From: Candidatus Heimdallarchaeota archaeon
Lineage (GTDB): Archaea; Asgardarchaeota; Heimdallarchaeia; Hodarchaeales; Hodarchaeaceae
NCBI GenBank assembly: GCA_011364965.1
Contig: RDOB01000004.1
Coordinates: forward strand, 262,036 to 326,035
Length of the DNA stretch: 64,000 bases
Reading direction: 5' to 3'
This document shows, in pieces, positions 38,892-47,283 of this stretch. Position 1 is the stretch's first letter. Each line of letters begins with the position of its first letter. The position numbers and the translations under genes are program-made. The notes beneath the pieces are model-generated. The model was given only the letters and a program-made list of their open reading frames with translations. It ran no database searches and had not been told where the DNA came from.

Positions 38892-39188
38892 TATAAGGAT
38901 TATATTTATCAGCTCGATATCCAAGGTGTTTATACTCCTCTCAATGATCGCTGTTTGAAGAATCGTTTGTTAATGAAAATATTTGATCAAATGGCTTATG
39001 TTCAGAAGGTTGAAGACTTGATTATTGCTAAATTGATTTACAAGAGTCAACAAGATCTGGAAGATGCATTTTCGATCGTAAAAAGGCAGCAAGCAGGTTT
39101 AGACATGATATACCTTAGTAAGATAGCTGAACTTGAAGGATTGGAAGATCAACTAAATAATTTTTTAGCTAAGATCGGTATTAGGTAA
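38892..39188 (+). pseudogene. C-terminal remnant of a nucleotidyltransferase-fold (DUF6036-like) protein
   Basis: Frame reads YQLDIQGVYT...VEDLIIAKL...QQDLEDA..I; an in-frame TAA at 38889 precedes it and the N-terminal domain is absent. Confidence 0.55.
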
Positions 39189-39267
39189 ATAAAAACCATA
39201 AGTGTCGTCCTCTTTGGGAGAACATAAACATTAAGCAGTCTAATTTACAAGAATCTAATAATTCCAG

Positions 39268-40230
39268 TTATTTACTTCGATGAACGAGAAATATGCCAAT
39301 TACAATCAGAAACAAAGCACTAAAATGCACTATTGGATCAAACATTTCTCCCAAAAAAATGGCAGAGAAAGCGACCCCAAAAATAGGTACTAGGTTTTGA
39401 AAGATTGCTGCTTTACTTGCATTTAATCTTTTAACTCCTTCAAGATAGAACCAGTACCCTCCAATGGTAGATAAAAAGATTAAGTAAAAAAGACCGTACC
39501 AAACACGAGGAGGAATAGTAAGATAACTAGATATTAGAAGATATTCAGGATTGAGAATGAGGCCCACTGGTAAAAGTGTGAGTAATCCAAAGAAAGATAC
39601 CCATGTAATCAGATATAGGGATGAGGGATTAAATTCATCCCTCTTTACACTTAGAAACTGACGGGAGATCACAGTGTAACAGGCATAAGTCAAAGCTCCT
39701 GAAAAGATTAAGAAATTCCCCAAGAGACGATTGGAAACATCAACATTTGGGGAAAATCCTGTAACAACAAGGACTCCCCCAAATGAACAAATAGCTCCAA
39801 GAAGTTTGCTAGCATCAAAATTTTCATTTTTTAGAATAAAGCTTGATAATAAAATTACAAGCATTGGTAAAGTTCCGATAATCACAGAGGCGTCAGATGC
39901 AGAGGTATAAAACTCCCCAAACATATACCCGATTTGATAAATTGTCACTGAGGTTAGGCCCATGATGAAGAAAACTTTCCAGTGGTTTTTAACAAAAGAT
40001 AAGTGGAAAGATTTTTCCTGACTGTACAAAATGAGAAAAAAAATCCAAATTACAATAAAATATCGGATAACTGCGATCATTAATGGCGGGATTGTTGCTC
40101 CTCCAACTTCTGGGGAAACTAGCCATCGTCCCAAAGGCCATGTTCCTCCCCATATAACTGCCATAGCAATAAGGAGGCTATATGCAATATAATTAGAAGT
40201 CTTTTGAGGGTTTGTGTCCTTTAATGTCAA
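39268..40230 (-). CDS. DMT/EamA family transporter
   Basis: IWGGTW, about 10 TM, ASKAAIFQNLVPIFG...FLGE. Confidence 0.9.
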   Translation of the reverse strand: MTLKDTNPQKTSNYIAYSLLIAMAVIWGGTWPLGRWLVSPEVGGATIPPLMIAVIRYFIVIWIFFLILYSQEKSFHLSFVKNHWKVFFIMGLTSVTIYQIGYMFGEFYTSASDASVIIGTLPMLVILLSSFILKNENFDASKLLGAICSFGGVLVVTGFSPNVDVSNRLLGNFLIFSGALTYACYTVISRQFLSVKRDEFNPSSLYLITWVSFFGLLTLLPVGLILNPEYLLISSYLTIPPRVWYGLFYLIFLSTIGGYWFYLEGVKRLNASKAAIFQNLVPIFGVAFSAIFLGEMFDPIVHFSALFLIVIGIFLVHRSK

Positions 40231-40593
40231 AGTGATTCAGAAAAGGAAAGAAATGAATTAAGCTTATTCGGATTTTGGTGTACTAAATAATTTGATTTGA
40301 AATAATACCTAGTAGTCGTCTAATACCTAGTATTTGGTATCCTTTTCTTCCTAATCAGGATATTATTCCAACTTTAATTAATAAGATCCAGTTACTACTA
40401 CTAATATTTCTATGATTAACATAATTTAATTCTACTTGCTTTACCTATTCCGAAAAAAAGCCCGAAATGGACAAGTACACCTATCAAAATACATTATTAG
40501 ACTTTGAAATTTCAGTAAAAAAACTGTTCCTGAAATGCTTTAATGAAATCCATAGTCCTTTACTCGATTCATTTTAATTTTGAAGGTGAGTAA

Positions 40594-43584
40594 ATGATTA
40601 AAATTTCTTTGAAGAAATTCAATGGTTCAAAAAAATTACTTATATCCTTTCTTCTTTTATTCCTCTCGTCATTTTTGATAAATTCCCACACGATTAGTAA
40701 GGAATTTTTTCCAACTGATTTTGTTGCAACAAGTTTTATTGCTGATATCAGCAATAATACTATTTTTAGTAGTCCCAGCCTTTCTTCCGAAACTCCTGTG
40801 AGCAATGAATCTGTAAATGTTAATATTCTTATTTCCGACACTGATGGGATTCAGAATGCTACCTTATTTTGGCAATATTCTTCCATAAATACTACCTTGT
40901 TTAATACCTCAATGTTAATCGATGAGAATGCCGAAGTTATATATGAAACAGATTATCCTTTTGACAGAAACGGATATATTACTGATACCGGCGTTGAAAC
41001 ACCTTCTGTGACCAATTGGATGTTTGGTGAGACTATTTATGAAGGAACAGAAGGAGAAGTTTTATCAAACATTGATTTAACAATAATTAGATCAGGAGGA
41101 GGGGGGAATACAAACAGCTTGGTTTATATAAAAATTCAAGCTAAAAATATTACCTCAGGTTTTTGGGAAACAATAATAGAGGAAGGATCCATTGGAGGAA
41201 CATCAGAGGTAGTTCCATATCCGTATGATTTTACATCAACCCAATCTGTCGCTGGTTATCGAATTTATGCTATAACATATAAAAATACTCACAATATTAT
41301 CCAGCCACCGAGATTTGATCATCTCTATCTTTATCGTAATGAATATAGTGGTGAAATTTTAGCCCCTGATGAGCCAACGTTAGTTAATTACTATATACAG
41401 ATTTTTGATGATCTAAACCATTCAGCGCAATCAGATGAGTATTCTTTTTTAATGGATTGGGCTCCAGATGTTATTGTATATAAAATACCGACTGTTTTGA
41501 AAGGTTCTAGTGATTATATCCTCAATGTTAGTGTTTCAGATGAAGATGGAGTTAACACAATTAATCATTCTACTGTTGAAGCTCACTATCGTTTAGAAGG
41601 AGAACTTGAATGGAATAGTGTTACCTTAACGCATATAATAGACTTTGGTGGCTTTGCTCTCTACAATGGTACTATTCCAGGTAGCTTATTTCAGAATAGA
41701 GAAACATTCCTCTACTTTATGGTTAATGCTACTGATATTATTGATGAATCTCCTGGTTATACTGGGACTTCTGGATTAAAAACCGTTATTTTAGACAATT
41801 TGAATCCAAGACTAATAAACCTTGATTTAGATGGCGGAGTCATAGTACCAGGAGTTGAAAATCTAACTCTGGCTTCTTCCGTAGTCAATATTACTGCTGA
41901 TTTTGAGGATCCTTCAGGAATTTTGAGTGCATCAATCTATTATTCAATAGGTAATAATGGCATCTACACAAAATTACTTATGGAAAATACTACTAATGTA
42001 GCTCAATCAATAACAACATCATCCTATTTTGTTACTTTGCCAGCAACAAACACTACAGCTTATGTTAGTTATTTTTTCGAAACTTGTGATTACCTAAATA
42101 ATAAAGGAAATACTTCTCTTAATTTGTACTACGCTGATGGTGCAGCACCTTTATTGGACAGTTTAATTATTATTCCTGACCACATTTCAAACAATACTGA
42201 TGTCACCATTTTATACACTATTTCTGATTATACTGGAGTTCGTCAATCTGTTCTTTGGTACTCTTACGATGACGGTTTGTCATGGACTAATACTGTGGGT
42301 TATGAAATCGTTTATGATGATCATATTGACTATCAAGAATCTTTTACTTTTTCAGATCTTCCTTATATTATAGTAGATGATACTATTACGGTGCTTAACC
42401 TTGATGTTACGCGGAAAGGTTTAATTGGTTATGCAACTCTCTTGGTTAACTTCACTCACGAAAAGAGTACAGATGTTCGAATGTGGATCTCTAATGGCAT
42501 AAAAAATATAATGATTTTTGATAGAGTACTTTTTTCAGGTCTCTTTGAGGTAGATCTACTTGAAATTGGTTTTGTCCAAGCTGATTTTGATGATGCAGTA
42601 TTTAGTCTAATTATTGAGGATTATTCTCTATTATATTCGGGAATAATTACAGATTTCAAAATAAATCTATTACATTATGCATTTCCAGAAGGGTACGACT
42701 ATTATAGTATAATTCCGGCTTCACAGACAGATGCTACAATAGAGTTTTTTATTACACTTACTGACAATCTATGGAATACTCGAAATACCTCTAGCTATTA
42801 TTATTACTCTGACGGGATTGCTCCTTCTTTATCTACCACAATAATTCCTTCTCCTTATGATTTACATGGTGAAAATTCCGTTATGATTTCAGCTACGGTC
42901 ACGGATGAAGGAGGAATCGCAGAAGTTGAGTTCTATTATAAATACATGGAAAATGATGATTGGACTATTGCTTGTATGTCGTATTCAGACACTACATATC
43001 AATATTATATCCCATTATACAGTACTTCCGGTCATATTTATTATCAAATTAGAGCTTATGATTATTCAGGCATAACGACAATCAGTAGCATTTACTCCTT
43101 TGAATATATAAATGGTCTTGGCCCTATAGTAGAATTCAGTGACATTCCATATCCAAGTCCATTGGATCTTCAAGGTGCCTCTAATATAGAAATCAGAGTT
43201 AATGTAACTGACTTGGACGGAGTTATTGAAAGTGTGAATCTATTGTATCGATTTGACGTCTCTGAGAATTACTCAATTCTGGCAATGAATTTTGATTCAT
43301 CACTACAACTTTATGCGTCGAGAGTTACGATTCCATCAATAAATGGGATCCTTTCCTTTAAAATCATTGCTACGGATAACTTGGGCCTTGAAACAGAAAC
43401 TTCAGAGCAGCAGTTAGAGTATGTAAATGGATCCATTGAACCTTCTTCTGGAGTTGATTTTGGCACTTTTTTGATGGTATTAGCTCTAGTCAGTGTTCCA
43501 ACAATTTCAGCCGCAATTTTGGTCTACTGGCAATTTATTTTGAAGAAGAAAAAAAGCCTCAACCTTCCAACCCCACCTGAATAA
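40594..43584 (+). CDS. Large surface glycoprotein with Ig-like repeats, an inserted P-domain-like module and a C-terminal TM anchor
   Basis: Signal peptide; repeated V.D..GI..V.L.Y...YY..A.D..GN units; many NxS/T sequons; TM followed by KKKK. Confidence 0.75.
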   Translation: MIKISLKKFNGSKKLLISFLLLFLSSFLINSHTISKEFFPTDFVATSFIADISNNTIFSSPSLSSETPVSNESVNVNILISDTDGIQNATLFWQYSSINTTLFNTSMLIDENAEVIYETDYPFDRNGYITDTGVETPSVTNWMFGETIYEGTEGEVLSNIDLTIIRSGGGGNTNSLVYIKIQAKNITSGFWETIIEEGSIGGTSEVVPYPYDFTSTQSVAGYRIYAITYKNTHNIIQPPRFDHLYLYRNEYSGEILAPDEPTLVNYYIQIFDDLNHSAQSDEYSFLMDWAPDVIVYKIPTVLKGSSDYILNVSVSDEDGVNTINHSTVEAHYRLEGELEWNSVTLTHIIDFGGFALYNGTIPGSLFQNRETFLYFMVNATDIIDESPGYTGTSGLKTVILDNLNPRLINLDLDGGVIVPGVENLTLASSVVNITADFEDPSGILSASIYYSIGNNGIYTKLLMENTTNVAQSITTSSYFVTLPATNTTAYVSYFFETCDYLNNKGNTSLNLYYADGAAPLLDSLIIIPDHISNNTDVTILYTISDYTGVRQSVLWYSYDDGLSWTNTVGYEIVYDDHIDYQESFTFSDLPYIIVDDTITVLNLDVTRKGLIGYATLLVNFTHEKSTDVRMWISNGIKNIMIFDRVLFSGLFEVDLLEIGFVQADFDDAVFSLIIEDYSLLYSGIITDFKINLLHYAFPEGYDYYSIIPASQTDATIEFFITLTDNLWNTRNTSSYYYYSDGIAPSLSTTIIPSPYDLHGENSVMISATVTDEGGIAEVEFYYKYMENDDWTIACMSYSDTTYQYYIPLYSTSGHIYYQIRAYDYSGITTISSIYSFEYINGLGPIVEFSDIPYPSPLDLQGASNIEIRVNVTDLDGVIESVNLLYRFDVSENYSILAMNFDSSLQLYASRVTIPSINGILSFKIIATDNLGLETETSEQQLEYVNGSIEPSSGVDFGTFLMVLALVSVPTISAAILVYWQFILKKKKSLNLPTPPE

Positions 43585-43595
43585 TTTTTATAAAA

Positions 43596-43630
43596 GGGAG
43601 CTTAACCAAGTGCTCCCTCTACTTTTTCTT
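43596..43630 (+). terminator. Hairpin plus T-tract after the surface protein gene
   Basis: GGGAGC-N10-GCTCCC followed by TCTACTTTTTCTT. Confidence 0.5.
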
Positions 43631-43717
43631 GCAGTTTTAAGAGATATTTTGCTTTACTATTCATTCAATACACCAACCTTTAGCTTTTTAATTAATCCCT
43701 CATTATTAGAGGTATCT

Positions 43718-43730
43718 TCATATGGTAAGA
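43718..43730 (-). repeat. 13-bp motif TCTTACCATATGA, copy 5
   Basis: TCATATGGTAAGA on +, 25 bp upstream of the DUF6788-like gene. Confidence 0.9.
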
Positions 43731-43755
43731 TTAATTCTAGATTTATGGGCTAAAA

Positions 43756-44088
43756 ATGGTTTCCATTATAGCTAAATGGCAACGTTGCGGCAAAGAAACC
43801 TGTAAATGCCGAGACGGAATGCCACATGGCCCGTATTTTTGGTTAGTTGAATATATTTCAAAACGATCTCTAGATAAACATAGGGGAAAATATACTTGGA
43901 CATATCTAGGGCGAAGTATAGACCAAGCATGGGAGAAAGTGACTGTATTAGAACCAAAATTTGAAGAAAAGTATCAAAAGGAGGACATTGTTGAGAAAGT
44001 TATGCGGATGCTTAATTTAAGACGGGAACAGGTTAGTACGAAAATGAGTCAACCCATTTTGAGTTTAGAGGATGAAAATAAACAATAA
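43756..44088 (+). CDS. DUF6788-like small Zn-binding protein
   Basis: RCGKETCKCRDGMPHGPYFW...WTYLGR signature. Confidence 0.75.
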   Translation: MVSIIAKWQRCGKETCKCRDGMPHGPYFWLVEYISKRSLDKHRGKYTWTYLGRSIDQAWEKVTVLEPKFEEKYQKEDIVEKVMRMLNLRREQVSTKMSQPILSLEDENKQ

Positions 44089-44268
44089 ATATTCTGAGCA
44101 AAAAATCAATCTGAATGATTTAAGCTAAGAATTTCTATACTCTGTGTTCAAATTCTTCTAAAGCTTAAAAAATTAGAAAATTTAATCCAAACATAAGGAT
44201 TGAGAAGTAAGAGGGGGATGAATGACAAAAGGAGAAATGTAATACCATGATAACATGTTGATTTTTAT

Positions 44269-44288
44269 GTTTCGAGTGGAAATAGTGG
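44269..44288 (+). promoter_or_regulatory. ORB-like site upstream of cdc6 (possible autoregulation)
   Basis: GTTTCGAGTGGAAATAGTGG shares GGAAATAG-GG with the origin ORBs. Confidence 0.5.
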
Positions 44289-44306
44289 TACTGCTATTGG
44301 AGCCAT

Positions 44307-45569
44307 TTGTTCCTACACTATTTGGTGAGTGAACTATCATTGAATCAACAAGATCAGACTGAGTCCACATTAGATGAAATTTTTGAGGGTTATCTCAAAT
44401 CTCCGAAGTTATTTAAGCGCCGTGATGTTCTGGATAGTTCATTCGTTCCCGAGAATCTTCCTCATCGTACAGACCAAATCAAACAACTCGGGTATATTTT
44501 AGCTTCTGTTTTACGGGGTGCAAAACCTAGTAATATTTTATGCTTTGGTAAGACTGGTACGGGGAAAACTGCTGTATCTAAATATGTCTTGAATATCCTT
44601 AGCAAGAAAGCACCTCAAGAGGGCTTTCGTATTGAAGTAGCTTACTTAAACTGTAATTCAGTTGATACTAATTACAGAGTTTTTGCAGATCTGTGTAGTA
44701 CTCTTGGTATTGAGGTACCTTTTACAGGTTTAGCAACGGATGAAGTCTTTTCTAGATTTAAATCAGGCCTTGATCAACGTGATTCATTATTCATTGTTGT
44801 TTTGGATGAAATAGACAGCTTAATTAAAAAATCTGGAAATGAAACACTTTACAATCTTACTCGGATAAACGCAGATTTAACTCGTGCCAAGGTAAGTCTT
44901 ATTGGCATTTCCAACGATTTAAAGTTCAAAGAGTATTTGGATCCTCGTGTACTTTCCTCTTTATCTGAAGAGGAAATTGTATTCAAACCTTATGAGGCTC
45001 CTGAAATTACTGACATTCTTGTAGAACGGGCTCAAATCGCTTTTCAAGAGGAAACACTTTCCGAGGGAGTTATTAATATGATTGCAGCTATTGCTGCTCA
45101 GGAACATGGAGATGCTCGCCGAGCTATCGATTTATTACGGGTTTCTGCGGAAATTACTGAACGCGAAGGGAAGAAAGTTATTGGTCAGGACCATGTGAAA
45201 AAGGCACAAGGAGCTATTGAAAGGAATACTATCACTGAAGTAATAAGTACGTTACCCCTTCAATCTAAAATGGTAATATTAGCCATTCACTTGCTGGAAT
45301 ATCAAATCGGTAATTCCGAATCTGTTTCTACTGGAGACGTTTATGAGGAATACGCTCGTATCTGTAAAGAGACGGGAATGGATTCTTTGACGCAACGGCG
45401 AGTGGGAGATCTAATTAATGAATTAGACGCTTTAGGTGTTATTACAGCTCGGGTGGTATCTCGTGGTCGACATGGACGTACAAAAGAAATTCGCTTCAGT
45501 ATCCCTAAGTCACTTGTTGATTCTATTCTTCGGGAAGATAAGATGCTTTCTAGTAATATCGAATGGTAA
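44307..45569 (+). CDS. cdc6: Orc1/Cdc6 replication initiator
   Basis: PENLPHR, GKTGTGKT, VLDEID, LDPRVLSSL, GDARRAIDLL, C-terminal wHTH SRGRHGRT; true start probably ~44340. Confidence 0.96.
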   Translation: MFLHYLVSELSLNQQDQTESTLDEIFEGYLKSPKLFKRRDVLDSSFVPENLPHRTDQIKQLGYILASVLRGAKPSNILCFGKTGTGKTAVSKYVLNILSKKAPQEGFRIEVAYLNCNSVDTNYRVFADLCSTLGIEVPFTGLATDEVFSRFKSGLDQRDSLFIVVLDEIDSLIKKSGNETLYNLTRINADLTRAKVSLIGISNDLKFKEYLDPRVLSSLSEEEIVFKPYEAPEITDILVERAQIAFQEETLSEGVINMIAAIAAQEHGDARRAIDLLRVSAEITEREGKKVIGQDHVKKAQGAIERNTITEVISTLPLQSKMVILAIHLLEYQIGNSESVSTGDVYEEYARICKETGMDSLTQRRVGDLINELDALGVITARVVSRGRHGRTKEIRFSIPKSLVDSILREDKMLSSNIEW

Positions 45570-45580
45570 ATCTTGTACTA

Positions 45581-47128
45581 CTAAATTATTCTGAGATCAA
45601 CCATCTGGATTGTATTTCGATCTGTAGAATAAACTGGGAATAATGCACTTTTCTCCCGGGTTTCTTTGGGATCTTTTACAAAAGTACCTGGAAGAACCAG
45701 TTTTATTCCTTTATATTCTTTATATCCTACTTGATGAAAATGGCCAGTTACCATAATATCTGGGATCCTATCAATTACCAGATAATCGGTTTCAAATGGT
45801 GCAAGCGGATAAAAAGATCCATATTCGGGGTATAAGTGACGATATTCCAGTAAGTTTTCGAGGCCAGTAAAATAATCCTCCTTTTTTAAATTAAATTGCC
45901 TTTCAAATACAAAATCTAGGCCATTACCATGAAATAGTAAACATATCCTCCCATTTATCTGTAATTGGACAGGATTTCCATAGCTTTGAACATTAGGCAA
46001 CGAGATTAATGGTTGGCCAATTTTTTTGTCTATTGAAGGTTGAGGTAGCGCTGTTTGGGTAGCATCTCGCTCACCTGGAATAATAATTATTTTAATCTCC
46101 TTTGGAATGTCTTCCAGTAATTTTGCTAAACCTTCATATTGAGACTGAAGAGATTTTGTAATGAGATCATTCTTTTGATCTTGAAAATGACCGATCCCCT
46201 CTACTAAGTCTCCTGCAATAATTATTGTACTAATATTCTCGGAAATTTGTATCAAATCCTTTTTTGAAGTTTCTAAATTCAGGAATTTTAACAAATTCGT
46301 GAATATGCTTCGAGAAAAGTGTTTTGAACCGAAATGAATATCTCCTAAGATTAAAATGTTACCAGAGCTAGAATTAGACGTTTTAGGTGAGGTTTTTACC
46401 ACTCCAGGTCTAATTATATCTTTCCCCCACCAAGCATTGATAGGTCCTTCAATATAATTTTTGGGTAATACTCCCCTTATTCCTACCACTGTATCTCTTA
46501 TTATTTTTCTAAAACTTGGAAAACTTTTACTATCTTCCACCATAACACATCTTGTGTTTATTCCAGTAGCTAAATCTTCTAATTGTATAACGAATCGATT
46601 GGTATGTAGAACTCTGGTATCTTGAACCATTCCAATAATAATCCCTTCTCTTCCTTCAGGAACCTCATCTTTCGACAAATTTTGGGATATAATTGCGGGA
46701 GTTTCATCAATATTAGATTTTAAAATTTTTATGAGCTGTTGATATCGATTTATAAACAGATTCCTAAAACTAGTTATATCAGGTTTTTCTAACGCCTTTT
46801 CAGGAATATCTAAAAGAATTGTAATTTCTGGTGGATTTCTTACTGGTTTAAGGTCTTTGAATTTTTCACCGAGTATCTTATCTTCAGTCTCTGGAAGTAC
46901 GTCAACAATATTGTCTTTAATTGGTTTTATTTTCAGCTGTTGGATATTGAATTTTTTTACGTCTTCTAAGTTAATAACCAGCTTATTTCTTGATAGTTGC
47001 TCCAAATTTACTTCTAATTCTTCTTCAGTTATCTTTTTCCCCAGTAAATAGCGAAGTGCTTCAGGATTTATGTTGAAATTCTTTTCCACTATTATTCGTA
47101 GTAAATCCGCCTTTTCCAAGCTCAACAC
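45581..47128 (-). CDS. DNA polymerase D small subunit DP1 (divergent)
   Basis: F.NRYQQL..IL, OB-fold IIGMV.D...LED.TG, GDIHFGS, AGDLVEG, PGERD, ALPQP, GHFH. Confidence 0.88.
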   Translation of the reverse strand: MLSLEKADLLRIIVEKNFNINPEALRYLLGKKITEEELEVNLEQLSRNKLVINLEDVKKFNIQQLKIKPIKDNIVDVLPETEDKILGEKFKDLKPVRNPPEITILLDIPEKALEKPDITSFRNLFINRYQQLIKILKSNIDETPAIISQNLSKDEVPEGREGIIIGMVQDTRVLHTNRFVIQLEDLATGINTRCVMVEDSKSFPSFRKIIRDTVVGIRGVLPKNYIEGPINAWWGKDIIRPGVVKTSPKTSNSSSGNILILGDIHFGSKHFSRSIFTNLLKFLNLETSKKDLIQISENISTIIIAGDLVEGIGHFQDQKNDLITKSLQSQYEGLAKLLEDIPKEIKIIIIPGERDATQTALPQPSIDKKIGQPLISLPNVQSYGNPVQLQINGRICLLFHGNGLDFVFERQFNLKKEDYFTGLENLLEYRHLYPEYGSFYPLAPFETDYLVIDRIPDIMVTGHFHQVGYKEYKGIKLVLPGTFVKDPKETREKSALFPVYSTDRNTIQMVDLRII

Positions 47129-47283
47129 TTTGCCAATACTTCATTCTCATTTAGGGTTGGCTGTATTCAATACAATATGATATTAATGTTTTTCGAGAAT
47201 AAAGGGTCATTGAACTCTGAACTGAGGTTCAATATTTCATCATAAAAAGAACATAAAAAGGAAGAAAGAGGATTTAGAATTCC

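Noticed and set aside
35304-43730. 13-bp repeats as a CRISPR array or IS inverted repeats
   Set aside because: They are too short, irregularly spaced and in mixed orientation; no cas or transposase genes and no target-site duplications were seen.
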